Part shown: positions 39,283-49,299 of the stretch, one piece after another
Layout: the number at the start of each line of letters is the position of its first letter
Numbering within the stretch: the stretch's first letter is position 1
Source: Alphaproteobacteria bacterium
Lineage (GTDB): Bacteria > Pseudomonadota > Alphaproteobacteria > RF32 > CAG-239
NCBI GenBank assembly: GCA_045643605.1
Contig: JAZULC010000010.1
Coordinates: forward strand, 11,533 to 75,532
Length of the DNA: 64,000 nt
Direction: 5' to 3'
Made by a program: the position numbers and the translations under genes
The notes under the pieces: model-generated
Seen by the model: only the letters and a program-made list of their open reading frames with translations
Databases searched by the model: none
Told to the model about the DNA's origin: nothing

Positions 39283-40630
39283 TTAAGCTTTGAGCCCTGT
39301 CTTTTATATATTTTTCAAGCCAATGATTACTATATTGCCCATCAATAAATTCCGGTTTCGAAACTATATCTTGCAATAGTGGTATTGTTGTTTTTACACC
39401 CATAACCACAAACTCATCTAACGCACGTCTTAAACGCATTAAAGCAGAATTTCTTGTTTTTCCGTGTACAATCAATTTTGCAATCATACTATCATAAAAC
39501 GGAGATATTGAATATCCTGAATAAATTTCAGAATCTACTCTGATACCAAGTCCACCTGGAGCGTGCCATTCTGTAACTTTACCGGGGCAAGGAATAAATT
39601 TTTCACAATCTTCGGCGTTTATTCTGCATTCAATAGCATGTCCGTTAAATGTAATATCTTTTTGATTATATTCTAAAGTTGCGCCACTTGCAATTCTGAT
39701 TTGTTCACGAACAATATCAACACCGCTTATTTCTTCAGTAATAGGATGTTCAACCTGCAACCTGGTATTCATCTCTAAAAAATAAAATTTTCCGTCTTCA
39801 AACATAAATTCTAAAGTACCGGCATTAACATAGCCTATTTTTGAAATTGCCTTGCGAACAAGTTCGCCAATTTCTTCTCTTTGTTTTTGATTTAATGCAG
39901 GAGAAGGGCTTTCTTCTATAACTTTTTGATGAAATCGTTGTATTGAACAATCCCTTTCACCCAAATGAATTACATTGCCGTAATTATCTGCCAGAACTTG
40001 TATTTCAATATGCCTTGGATTGCATAAATATTTTTCCATATAAACAGCATCAGAAGGGAAAGATGCTTTCGCCTCAGCTTTAGCCACATTAAAAGCTTCT
40101 TCTATTTCATCTTCACACAAGGCAACTTTCATACCTTTACCGCCACCGCCTTCTTTTGCTTTGACAATAACAGGATATCCTATTTTTTTTGCCCATAATT
40201 TTGCATCTTCAACATCTGCAAGTTCCGGAGAACCCTTAATGGTAGGTATACCAAACTTTTCAACTAATTTTTTTGCCGCAATTTTATCGCCCATCATCCG
40301 AATTTGTTCAGCCGATGGACCTATAAATTTTATTCCGTGTTTTTCGACCATCTCTGCAAAATCAGCATCTTCTGATAAAAAGCCGTATCCCGGATGAATT
40401 GCATCGGCACCTGTAATAATAGCAGCAGAAATAATTGCAGGTTTATTTAAATAAGAATCCGCAGAACGAGCTGAACCTATACAAATCGCTTCGTCAGCAA
40501 GACGAACATGCATAGCATCTGCATCAGCTTCAGAATGGACAGCAACTGTTTTAATTCCCATTTCACGACAAGCACGATGTATTCTTAAAGCAACTTCACC
40601 GCGATTAGCAATAAGCACTTTTTCAAACAT
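39272..40630 (-). CDS. accC: Biotin carboxylase
   Basis: ATP-grasp biotin carboxylase (KVLIANRGE, EMNTR...VEHPITE). Confidence 0.95.
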   Translation of the reverse strand: MFEKVLIANRGEVALRIHRACREMGIKTVAVHSEADADAMHVRLADEAICIGSARSADSYLNKPAIISAAIITGADAIHPGYGFLSEDADFAEMVEKHGIKFIGPSAEQIRMMGDKIAAKKLVEKFGIPTIKGSPELADVEDAKLWAKKIGYPVIVKAKEGGGGKGMKVALCEDEIEEAFNVAKAEAKASFPSDAVYMEKYLCNPRHIEIQVLADNYGNVIHLGERDCSIQRFHQKVIEESPSPALNQKQREEIGELVRKAISKIGYVNAGTLEFMFEDGKFYFLEMNTRLQVEHPITEEISGVDIVREQIRIASGATLEYNQKDITFNGHAIECRINAEDCEKFIPCPGKVTEWHAPGGLGIRVDSEIYSGYSISPFYDSMIAKLIVHGKTRNSALMRLRRALDEFVVMGVKTTIPLLQDIVSKPEFIDGQYSNHWLEKYIKDRAQSLNEE

Positions 40631-40644
40631 ATTTTTTCCTTAAA

Positions 40645-41118
40645 TTATTCAATAACCATCAAAGGTTGACCATATTCAACAGGATCACCGGTTTCAACCA
40701 AAATTTTGATAATTCTTCCACCTTTGTGTGCCTTAACAGGATTGAATGTTTTCATTGCCTCAATCAAGCAAACAGTATCCCCTTCTGCAACAAAATTTCC
40801 AACTTTAACATAATCAGGTTTATTTGTATCCGGTGCAAGATATACAACACCGACCATCGGAGATTTAACGATATTACTATCATCTGGAGAATCTACAACA
40901 CTTTGTTCTTCCGTATGATGATCTTCTACCTTTTTTTCTGCAACATCATCATCTTCAGCAAGTTGCTTTAAAACTGCATTTTGAACCGGAGTACTGATAG
41001 CATCTTTTGTAAGACAAATACGACAATTTTCTGTTTCATATTCTAATTCTGTAAGTCCATGCAAGGACAATATATCAGCAAGTTTGCTAACTGTTTTTGT
41101 ATCAATTTGATCAGCCAT
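40645..41118 (-). CDS. accB: Biotin carboxyl carrier protein
   Basis: C-terminal biotinyl domain with EAMK. Confidence 0.9.
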   Translation of the reverse strand: MADQIDTKTVSKLADILSLHGLTELEYETENCRICLTKDAISTPVQNAVLKQLAEDDDVAEKKVEDHHTEEQSVVDSPDDSNIVKSPMVGVVYLAPDTNKPDYVKVGNFVAEGDTVCLIEAMKTFNPVKAHKGGRIIKILVETGDPVEYGQPLMVIE

Positions 41119-41297
41119 TATTCTTCTCTCATTATTAAATTACACTAATTTGAACGGATTTTATCTCAAAAGAATGAAAAAAACAACAGAAAAAAACAAA
41201 ATGTACAAAAGCGAAATTACTTAATATAAAACAAACAAAAAAAATTCTTCACTAATTTTAATGAGGAATTTTTTATTTATATTTATAAAGACGATTC

Positions 41298-41507
41298 TTA
41301 TAGTATATTTAGGATATTTGCAGCTATTCTTCCTCTATCTACATAAGTAGAATATTCAACACGTTCTCCTCCTTCGAGTTTTGCAACGTTAGCTCGTTGC
41401 AATGCCGTAATATGCACAAAAACATCTTTATCTGAAGGTTGTTCATCTGGGGTAATAAAGCCATAACCCTTATGATAATTAAACCATTTAATAGTACCTG
41501 CAGCCAT
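41298..41507 (-). CDS. cspA: Cold-shock protein (CspA family)
   Basis: GTIKWFNYHKGYGFITPD and VFVHITAL (RNP1/RNP2). Confidence 0.9.
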   Translation of the reverse strand: MAAGTIKWFNYHKGYGFITPDEQPSDKDVFVHITALQRANVAKLEGGERVEYSTYVDRGRIAANILNIL

Positions 41508-41675
41508 AGTAAAATCTCCTTAGAAATTATTTACATAGTTCATATTCAAGGTATTGCTTTGTTTCTTAATTTCAAGACGTATTTTTCGTACACTTGTAAA
41601 AATTTTTCATTTTTGTAAAAAAACTTGACAATTTTGCCAAAATATGCAACATTCTGTCAAAGCAAGGAAAGATAA

Positions 41676-43889
41676 ATGACAGAACAAAACATAGAACCTT
41701 TAAATTTAAATCAAAATCCTTTAATGTTATATAATCAGGTAAGGTTTTTGCCAGAAGAACAACAAAGACCTGTTTACGAAGCAATGATTGCTCAGGCAGA
41801 GGAATTCAGAAGTTTTGATTTTACTTCCCCTGCAGATATTTTGGCATGTTTAAATGTTTCTAAAAAAGAACATATTCCTTTAAAAAACATGTATAGAATC
41901 CGACGAGCTACAGAAGAAAGACTAAATCTGTTATCTAAAGCAAAAGATCAATCCATTCAAATGACTATACAGAATAAAATTTTATATGAAATTATCTTAC
42001 AAGTAATGGATACAGAATACGGTTATATCAGCAATGATGTAGAAAGTATTTTAGAAGATTTAGCAAATAAAATTTCAGAAAATTTAAAAATTATTTCTGA
42101 AAACAAAGAAATTAAATACGTAAATCCGTCTTTAATCAATGAAGTCATAAACGCAGATGATTGCGGAGCTTTACACGATATTGCCACACAAGTAAAACAA
42201 AAGTTTTACGATAAAATAGCTTATTTGACAGGATGGGAAACCATAAATCAACAATCTGTTAATAATGTGGAATCTGTATTATTAAGCAATTTTGATTCTA
42301 TCAGCGTGTATGAAAATGGCGAACTCAATCCAATTTACAAAAAATGTGAAAAATGGATAAAAAAAATAGGTGGAAAACAACGTGGTTATTGCATCAATAC
42401 TTTACTTGAAAATTCTGCAATTCGTGCCGCAACAGAAATCTTAAAAGGGCAACAAAGTCAAAAAATTCAAAACGATTTTCTGGAACAGAACAAAACTCCG
42501 GAAGATATTATGGATGCTTTTCAAACAAAAATTGCCAATTATTTCAAAAAAAGTTTGATAGGAGCTGTTTTAATTACTCGCTCAGAAAGCTTCAATCAAA
42601 AATCTGACAATTATACTAATCTTGATGTACAACTTGCCACAATGGGAAATTATGAAAAATTTTTTAGAGAACAAGTCGATGACCATGTAGGAGAAAAAGA
42701 AAAATCGCCAAAAAGGAACACTAACAATCCTTATCGCAAATCTTTGCGTGAAACTGTCCTACCATTTCAAGATCAACATCCTAGTGCTGCTTATAAACAT
42801 ATGCAATATATGTTAAAAAAGAAACCTCTAAGTAAATATCAATCACTATATGACAATATTAGTAGTAAAAAAGTTTTTGCAATAAATCCTTTAGCCGTAG
42901 ATATAGATTCGTATTATTTAGATTATGAAACCAGAAGAGATGAAAAAATTTTGCAGGGCAAAAGAATTGATTTAAACAGTTTTCAAAAAAAATTAAACAA
43001 GCACAACGACTCGCTCATAAATATTGCAGAAAAATTTTTTTATAAAGGCAGATGGGTAGATGTATTAGCTTCGCAAGCTGCTCTTGTAACAACTATTGCT
43101 CTTACGGTTAGCGGACATATCGCTTTACCTGTACTTATTTGTGCCGGAAGAGTTTTCACTAAATATACTTTAGGTCCATTGTATCATAGACTTCAAGATG
43201 AAATGTACCGTAAAAACAATAATGAACCTGTAACTAGTATTACCAGTAAATTGAAATACATAAAGAATAATTGGCAAAACCCATTAAAAGAATTAAACAG
43301 AGCCTATAAAAAGGATCAAGATCTTCCAGAACATATGTTGCTTGATTTTCTTTTATGCGCACCTTCTCCAATCATTAACAGCGTAGCTTCCGGTATTGAT
43401 GTTCTCAGAAAATATAAAGAATTTAAAATTGCCAGAGCAAAAAAAATTACGGCAGAGAAAGAATTTTTAAGAAAAGATAAACCAGAAATTGATGAATTTA
43501 TTAAATATAAAGCTACAGATGCATATTATGAAGATTCTAAAAGTCAACTTCATTCTTCTGTTGCCAGTGGTATTATCGGTATGTTTCTGTGGAGAACCAA
43601 CAAACCTATAATAGATTACACAAAAGATACTGCTGAAGGAATAGTCGAAGAAAAAGATAGTATAAAATCTCGCATTAGAAAGATTAAATTCGGTGTTAGA
43701 GAAACCCCTATTGCGAAAAATATCAGACACTTCAAATTAACAAGCACACTTATAATTAATAACATATTTTCCGATGTGAGCATGATTGATTTTGAACATA
43801 AAGAAGACAGGAATAATAAAAATCATATATTCTATAAAAGGCCAGAAAGGCAACCTGTTTCAACATATCAAATGAGCATATCCCGTTAA
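41676..43889 (+). CDS. Large (737-aa) orphan protein with internal hydrophobic segments
   Basis: Long uninterrupted ORF, aaggaaag SD; hydrophobic stretches such as ALVTTIALTVSGHIALPVLICAG; no domain recognised. Confidence 0.6.
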   Translation: MTEQNIEPLNLNQNPLMLYNQVRFLPEEQQRPVYEAMIAQAEEFRSFDFTSPADILACLNVSKKEHIPLKNMYRIRRATEERLNLLSKAKDQSIQMTIQNKILYEIILQVMDTEYGYISNDVESILEDLANKISENLKIISENKEIKYVNPSLINEVINADDCGALHDIATQVKQKFYDKIAYLTGWETINQQSVNNVESVLLSNFDSISVYENGELNPIYKKCEKWIKKIGGKQRGYCINTLLENSAIRAATEILKGQQSQKIQNDFLEQNKTPEDIMDAFQTKIANYFKKSLIGAVLITRSESFNQKSDNYTNLDVQLATMGNYEKFFREQVDDHVGEKEKSPKRNTNNPYRKSLRETVLPFQDQHPSAAYKHMQYMLKKKPLSKYQSLYDNISSKKVFAINPLAVDIDSYYLDYETRRDEKILQGKRIDLNSFQKKLNKHNDSLINIAEKFFYKGRWVDVLASQAALVTTIALTVSGHIALPVLICAGRVFTKYTLGPLYHRLQDEMYRKNNNEPVTSITSKLKYIKNNWQNPLKELNRAYKKDQDLPEHMLLDFLLCAPSPIINSVASGIDVLRKYKEFKIARAKKITAEKEFLRKDKPEIDEFIKYKATDAYYEDSKSQLHSSVASGIIGMFLWRTNKPIIDYTKDTAEGIVEEKDSIKSRIRKIKFGVRETPIAKNIRHFKLTSTLIINNIFSDVSMIDFEHKEDRNNKNHIFYKRPERQPVSTYQMSISR

Positions 43890-44311
43890 AAATACAATTT
43901 TACAGAACCTCCGGAGTTGCAATCTCCGTCAATCTCGACTTTTTGCGCCCCTAAAGATGTATTTTTACAAAACAAACAATTTGCACTATCTAATTTAGTA
44001 AATTCTATAACAAAACCATTTTGATACGGATATATATTCCATTCCAATCCTCTAAAACCATTGAATGACAACATATTTTTATTAAGTGCATTATAATTAC
44101 CATAGAAATTCATCTGTATTTCCATAATCAACGACGACAAATCTTGTTGAAACTGCAGTTGGTTCATAGCTTTATTTCCATTAGCAATCTGCCTGTTAGC
44201 TTCATTTGTTAATATACCTTGAATTTCCATCGCTCCCAGTACATCTGCCATTTGTGCCTTTGCTGAAAAACATATAAAACATATATATAAAGCAACTGCA
44301 TATTTCTTCAT
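43886..44311 (-). CDS. Small secreted hypothetical protein
   Basis: Signal peptide MKKYAVALYICFICFSAKA; ends VKLYF; its stop overlaps the stop of the convergent 737-aa gene. Confidence 0.55.
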   Translation of the reverse strand: MKKYAVALYICFICFSAKAQMADVLGAMEIQGILTNEANRQIANGNKAMNQLQFQQDLSSLIMEIQMNFYGNYNALNKNMLSFNGFRGLEWNIYPYQNGFVIEFTKLDSANCLFCKNTSLGAQKVEIDGDCNSGGSVKLYF

Positions 44312-44503
44312 TTTTTTCTCCTTTTTCTATAAATCATAGATAATACATTAAATAAAAAAAGTTAATTTTTCTATTTTTCAAGAATAAAACACATTTATTA
44401 CCAAACGTTGACATGAATTAAGCTTTTTACATTCTATTGCATCTATCTTTAAGATAAATTTCAAAAATTTTTATCGCTATAAAATAAAACTTAATTATTA
44501 TAA

Positions 44504-44594
44504 TGGCGGATAGGGAGGGATTCGAACCCTCGGTACCCTTTGGAGGTACACACGATTTCCAATCGTGCGCCTTAGACCACTCGGCCACCTATCC
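44504..44594 (-). tRNA. tRNA-Ser (GGA), CCA encoded
   Basis: Reverse complement folds as acceptor GGATAGG/CCTATCC, anticodon loop TTGGAAA, long variable arm and T-arm GAGGGTTCGAATCCCTC. Confidence 0.92.
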
Positions 44595-44681
44595 TTACTT
44601 AAGTAAAAATAAAATGTGATATTTTTACATATAAGTCAAGAAAAAACTATCTTGCTTTAATAAAAGATAGTTTTAGAAAAT

Positions 44682-44717
44682 AAAAAAAACCGAGTCCTGT
44701 TTATTGACTCGGTTTTA
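44682..44717 (-). terminator. Terminator of the rplS operon
   Basis: accgagtc / gactcggt stem; U-run on the - strand. Confidence 0.75.
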
Positions 44718-44733
44718 AAATTCTGCAAAAAGC

Positions 44734-45120
44734 TTATTCTTTAGCAGCTTTTGTTGTTGCTGTTAAATCGTCAGCAATACGAGCTGAACGACCACGTAAT
44801 GCACGCAAGAAATAAAGTTTAGCACGACGTACTTTACCAATACGAGCAACTTCAATTTTTGCAACATTTGGAGAATATAAAGGGAATACCCTTTCAACAC
44901 CTTCACCGAAAGAAATCTTTCTAACAGTAAAAGAAGAATTTAAGCCATCATTTTTTCTGGCAATGCAAACGCCTTCATAAATTTGGATACGTTCTCTATC
45001 ACCTTCTTTTACTTTTGTGTGAACTTTCAATGTATCACCAGGTTTAAAGCTGGGGATATTCTTACCTTCAGTAAGTTTCTCCATTTGTTCTTTTTCAATA
45101 TTTTCTATAATATTCATCAC
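44734..45120 (-). CDS. rplS: 50S ribosomal protein L19
   Basis: Conserved L19 sequence and trmD synteny. Confidence 0.93.
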   Translation of the reverse strand: MMNIIENIEKEQMEKLTEGKNIPSFKPGDTLKVHTKVKEGDRERIQIYEGVCIARKNDGLNSSFTVRKISFGEGVERVFPLYSPNVAKIEVARIGKVRRAKLYFLRALRGRSARIADDLTATTKAAKE

Positions 45121-45153
45121 TTTTACCCTTTTATTTTTTTATACCTTATATAC

Positions 45154-45846
45154 CTAAAGCTTTTTAGAATCAAGATATTTTTTCAAAAGCTCCGGTCGTT
45201 TATTTTTTGTAACTTCAATCGACTTTTCATGTCTCCACTTTTCGATATTTTTATGGTGTCCGCTCATTAAAACAGATGGCACTTCCATATTATTCCAAAC
45301 TGCAGGTTTTGTATATTGAGGATACTCCAACAAAAAGTTTTCAAAACTTTCATCTGCCAAAGAATCCTGATTACCTAACACATTCGGCAACAACCGTACA
45401 ACCGCATCAAGCATAATTTGAGCCGCTTGTTCTCCTCCGGTAAGGATATAATCTCCTATACTTATTTCTTCTATGTCATAAGCATCAAAGATTCTTTCAT
45501 CAATTCCCTCAAATCTTGCGCATATAATCGTTATTTCTTCTTGTTTTGCCAATTCATGTACTTTTTGTTGTGTTAAAGGAGTTCCTCTTGGACTCATACA
45601 AATCAATTTTCCTTTTTGATAATTTTCATCAATTGCACGACCTAAAACATCCGGACGCATAATCATTCCTGCACCGCCTCCACAAGGAGTATCATCAACA
45701 GATCCATGCTTATCAAAAGCATAATCTCTTAAATTAATAGTTTTAAGCGACCAAACTCCGTTATCCAAAGCCTTTCCGGTCAACGAATAACCTAAAAAAC
45801 CAGGGAAAATTTCAGGAAATGCTGTTAAAATTTTTACATTTAACAC
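45154..45846 (-). CDS. trmD: tRNA (guanine37-N1)-methyltransferase
   Basis: TrmD motifs (DDTPCGGGAGM, YEGIDER-like FEGIDER). Confidence 0.92.
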   Translation of the reverse strand: MLNVKILTAFPEIFPGFLGYSLTGKALDNGVWSLKTINLRDYAFDKHGSVDDTPCGGGAGMIMRPDVLGRAIDENYQKGKLICMSPRGTPLTQQKVHELAKQEEITIICARFEGIDERIFDAYDIEEISIGDYILTGGEQAAQIMLDAVVRLLPNVLGNQDSLADESFENFLLEYPQYTKPAVWNNMEVPSVLMSGHHKNIEKWRHEKSIEVTKNKRPELLKKYLDSKKL

Positions 45847-46379
45847 AGTTCCTCTCCTTCGTCCTCAACAAATTGCATTTCTGCAGTTTTTACAATAATA
45901 TAGCCATTTTTAATATCTACAACAGGGACATATTGTTTTGTAAAAGGTATCATATGTATACTTTTGTCAGAAAATTTAATTTCCAAAACATCTCCTGCAC
46001 CAAAATTATAAATTCCGGATACTTTACCTATGACTTCTTCAGAATCTTCTATTTTAACATCCAAATCAATTAAATCTGTTTGATAAAATTCATCTTCATC
46101 TTTCAATTCAGGTAAAACACTGCGTAAAACATATAAATCAGTACCTTTGAGAGCTTCAGCAATTGTTCTGTCATCAATACCTTTAATTTTTACTCGCAAA
46201 AGTTCCTTTGAATGTCCAACAACTTTGATATCAAAAGACTTTGAATTATCCTTATTATAAACAGGTCCGTACTTATCAATATCCACATCACATTCCGTAA
46301 AGCTTTTTACTTTAACTTCACCTTTAATTCCGTGAACACCGACAATCCTACCTAGGCAAATTCTATCATCTTTTGTCAT
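45840..46379 (-). CDS. rimM: 16S rRNA processing protein RimM
   Basis: GVHGIKGEVKV motif and synteny. Confidence 0.88.
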   Translation of the reverse strand: MTKDDRICLGRIVGVHGIKGEVKVKSFTECDVDIDKYGPVYNKDNSKSFDIKVVGHSKELLRVKIKGIDDRTIAEALKGTDLYVLRSVLPELKDEDEFYQTDLIDLDVKIEDSEEVIGKVSGIYNFGAGDVLEIKFSDKSIHMIPFTKQYVPVVDIKNGYIIVKTAEMQFVEDEGEELC

Positions 46380-46405
46380 TATTGTTCTCTATTCAAGTTA
46401 CAAAT

Positions 46406-46774
46406 TTATTCTGCAGAAGCTTCTTCAGCTTGAGCTGCTGCTTTTTCTGCTTTTTCTTTCATTCTCTCCTGAGCTTTTGCTTTTGGAGCTGACTTTTGTG
46501 GCTGTTCATGAATAGCAGGAGCTTCGCATAACCCGAGAGTTGCAAGCATTTTTTGCATTCTTTCTGTAGGTTGAGCACCTTTAGACAACCAGTCTTTTGT
46601 TCTTTCAACATCAATAACAAATCTGTCTTTATGATCTTGAGGTAACAATGGATTAAATGTTCCTAATTTTTCAATAAATCTACCATCACGAGGAGCTCTC
46701 TGATCTGCAGCTACTACACGGTAAAAAGGACGTTTCTTTGAACCACCGCGTGAAAGTCTTATACGTACTGCCAT
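46406..46774 (-). CDS. rpsP: 30S ribosomal protein S16 (with a Lys/Ala/Glu-rich C-terminal extension)
   Basis: [21 protein letters not shown]. Confidence 0.93.
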   Translation of the reverse strand: MAVRIRLSRGGSKKRPFYRVVAADQRAPRDGRFIEKLGTFNPLLPQDHKDRFVIDVERTKDWLSKGAQPTERMQKMLATLGLCEAPAIHEQPQKSAPKAKAQERMKEKAEKAAAQAEEASAE

Positions 46775-46823
46775 TTCTTTTTCCTTTCTAATTAAAATTA
46801 AATATTAATTTCCGCCTTTTGGC

Positions 46824-48212
46824 TTAAAACGGAAATCCGGTTTTTCCTCCAAACGGGAATCCTCCCATCGGATTTTTTTGCATAAAGCGGGAAGCCAGTG
46901 CCGATAACGGCCCCATATTCCCTAACTTTTTCATTGTCGCAGACATTTGCTCATAAATTTTGAGCAATTTGTTTACTTCATGAACTTCTACACCGGCTCC
47001 GAGAGCGATTCTGCGCTTACGAGCCGCCTTAATAACATCAGGATTTTTTCTTTCATATTTCGTCATTGAAAGAATAATTGCCTCCTGTTTTTTCATCAAA
47101 TCATTGCCCATTTTCATTTGAGCATCATTAATCTGACTTTTGATTTTTGCAAAACCAGGCAACATAGAGAGTATGGAGCCCATATCTCCCAATTTTTTCA
47201 TTTGTTGAAATTGTGATAACATATCGTTCAAATCAAAATGACCTCTCATCATTTTTTTTGCCACGGCTTCTGCTTCTTGTTGATTAACTCTTTCAATAGT
47301 GCGTTCAACAAGAGAAACTACATCTCCTTGTCCAAGGATTCTTCCGGCTAATCTGTCAGGATGAAATTCTTCAAAATCATCTATTTTTTCACCGGTTCCT
47401 AAAAATTTTATCGGAGCATTAGCAACCATTTTCATAGACAATGCAGCACCGGCACGAGATGTTCCATCAATTCTTGTTAAAACAATTCCCGTAATACCAA
47501 CACTTTTATTAAAAGAATCGGCAACGGCACAAGCCTCTTGTCCCATTAAAGCATCAGCAACCAACAGATTTTCAACAGGGTGAACAAGCTCTCGTATATC
47601 CATTACTTCTTGCATAAGATTTTCATCAATTTGCAATCTTCCTGCTGTATCAAGTATTACGACATCAAATCCACATTTTTTTGCATATTCTAAAGCTCTT
47701 TTAGCTATATCACATGGTTTTTCTTTTGAAATTATCGGCAAGCTTTCAACGCCTATTTGTTTTGCTAAAATTTCCAATTGTTCTTGTGCTGCCGGACGAT
47801 AAACATCTAAAGAAGCAAGTAAAACCTTTTTATTTTTTTTCAATTTATTAGCAATTTTAGCTGCACTTGTTGTTTTTCCGGAACCTTGAAGTCCAAGCAT
47901 CATAATACACAGTGGAGACGGTGCATTAAGATTTAGCTGACAATCACCGCTTCCTAATAAATTTTCTAATTCATCATGGACAATTTTGATAATCATTTGG
48001 CCAGGAGTAATAGATTTAACAACCTTTTCTCCTAAAGCTTGAACCTTAACTTTGGCAATAAAATCTTTAATAACAGGCAAAGATACATCAGCTTCTATCA
48101 AAGCTAAACGAATTTCTCGCATAGCTTCATCAATATCATTTTCAGAAAGAACTCCTCGTGAAGTTATTTTTGAAAACACTGACGACAACTTTTCTGCCAA
48201 AGCGTCAAACAT
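46824..48212 (-). CDS. ffh: Signal recognition particle protein Ffh
   Basis: NG domain with GLQGSGKTT and DTAGR; Met-rich M domain. Confidence 0.95.
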   Translation of the reverse strand: MFDALAEKLSSVFSKITSRGVLSENDIDEAMREIRLALIEADVSLPVIKDFIAKVKVQALGEKVVKSITPGQMIIKIVHDELENLLGSGDCQLNLNAPSPLCIMMLGLQGSGKTTSAAKIANKLKKNKKVLLASLDVYRPAAQEQLEILAKQIGVESLPIISKEKPCDIAKRALEYAKKCGFDVVILDTAGRLQIDENLMQEVMDIRELVHPVENLLVADALMGQEACAVADSFNKSVGITGIVLTRIDGTSRAGAALSMKMVANAPIKFLGTGEKIDDFEEFHPDRLAGRILGQGDVVSLVERTIERVNQQEAEAVAKKMMRGHFDLNDMLSQFQQMKKLGDMGSILSMLPGFAKIKSQINDAQMKMGNDLMKKQEAIILSMTKYERKNPDVIKAARKRRIALGAGVEVHEVNKLLKIYEQMSATMKKLGNMGPLSALASRFMQKNPMGGFPFGGKTGFPF

Positions 48213-48244
48213 TATGTACCTTTCAATATCTACAAACAGCTATA

Positions 48245-48289
48245 CGCCAGTGTGCGAACCCTCGCTAGCTGGCGGCACTCCGCAGAGTG
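48245..48289 (-). promoter_or_regulatory. GC-rich two-hairpin element in the ffh 5' leader (function unknown)
   Basis: On the - strand: CACUC-UGCG-GAGUG, then CGCCAG-CUA-GCGA-GGGU-UCGC-ACA-CUGGCG; a TTGACA-N16-TATAAA promoter lies upstream (48323-48350). Confidence 0.35.
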
Positions 48290-48368
48290 TAAAACATAAA
48301 CCGAATAAGGTTAATCATCACTTTTATACATGATTTTTTTTTATTGTCAACATTTAGTTTTATGTCTT

Positions 48369-48971
48369 TTATTCTAAATTTTTGCGAGAATTAAAAGCTA
48401 ATTGCAAAGTTCCTTCATCCATATAATCCAATTCTGCGCCCATAGGAATTCCTTGCGCTAAAGTTGTAACTTTTAATTCCGAAAAGTAATTTTTTAATGT
48501 TGATAAAAGATATTGAGTTGTAATCTGTCCGTCAATCGTTGCCGGAAGAGCTAAAATTACTTCTTTTATATTTTCATTTTTAATACGATTAACCAGCTTT
48601 TCTACATTTAAATCTTCAGGAGCAATTCCGTCTAATGCAGATAATACGCCTTCCAATACATGATATTTTCCCTGAAAAAATGAGACTCTTTCCATAGCCC
48701 ACAAATCAGCAACATCTTGTACAACACATATAATGGAAGAATCTCTTTTTTCATCTGCACAAATTGAGCAAACATCAGACGTCCCAAAATTTCCACATAT
48801 TTTGCAAGGGCGTATATTTTCAGCAACATTTTGCAGTTTTTCAATCAGAGGAAGCAACAAATCGTCTTTCTTTTTAATAAGTTGCAAAACAATTCTCTTT
48901 GCCGAACGATTACCCAACGACGGCAATTTTGCAATTTGTCTGATTAACTTTTCTATTTCATTATCTATCAA
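48369..48971 (-). CDS. recR: Recombination protein RecR
   Basis: Zinc-finger CKICGN...CSIC and a Toprim domain. Confidence 0.92.
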   Translation of the reverse strand: MIDNEIEKLIRQIAKLPSLGNRSAKRIVLQLIKKKDDLLLPLIEKLQNVAENIRPCKICGNFGTSDVCSICADEKRDSSIICVVQDVADLWAMERVSFFQGKYHVLEGVLSALDGIAPEDLNVEKLVNRIKNENIKEVILALPATIDGQITTQYLLSTLKNYFSELKVTTLAQGIPMGAELDYMDEGTLQLAFNSRKNLE

Positions 48972-48977
48972 TTATTT

Positions 48978-49298
48978 TTAAAATGGAAGTTTCATTCCGC
49001 CGAGATTTAATCCTCCGGCAATACTTTCCATTCCCTCACTCATTTTTTTATCTGCCAAATCATGCGCTTGGTTATATGCAACAGAAATTAAATCTTCAAG
49101 CATTGTTGCATCACCATCTGCAAGTAATTTTTCATCAATATGAATTTTTCTTAATTCAAATTTACCATTAAGTGTAATTTCAACAGTACCATTTCCGGAA
49201 CTTCCAACAACCTCTTCTTTTTCTAAACGAGCTTGCGTTTCTTTCATTTTTTGTTGCATCATTCCTGCCTGTTTCATTAAAGCTTGCATATTTAACAT
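48978..49298 (-). CDS. ybaB: Nucleoid-associated protein YbaB/EbfC
   Basis: MLNMQALMKQAGMMQQKM...; dnaX-ybaB-recR synteny. Confidence 0.88.
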   Translation of the reverse strand: MLNMQALMKQAGMMQQKMKETQARLEKEEVVGSSGNGTVEITLNGKFELRKIHIDEKLLADGDATMLEDLISVAYNQAHDLADKKMSEGMESIAGGLNLGGMKLPF

Positions 49299-49299
49299 T

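Noticed and set aside
41508-44594. Possible integrated island at tRNA-Ser
   Set aside because: No integrase gene and no direct repeat of the tRNA 3' end was visible at the distal side (41508-41675). The region is kept only as an accessory pair, not called a mobile element.
48334-48342. T9/A9 tract inside the ffh promoter spacer as a phase-variation switch
   Set aside because: ffh is essential and homopolymer tracts are frequent in this AT-rich DNA. Nothing further supports phase variation.
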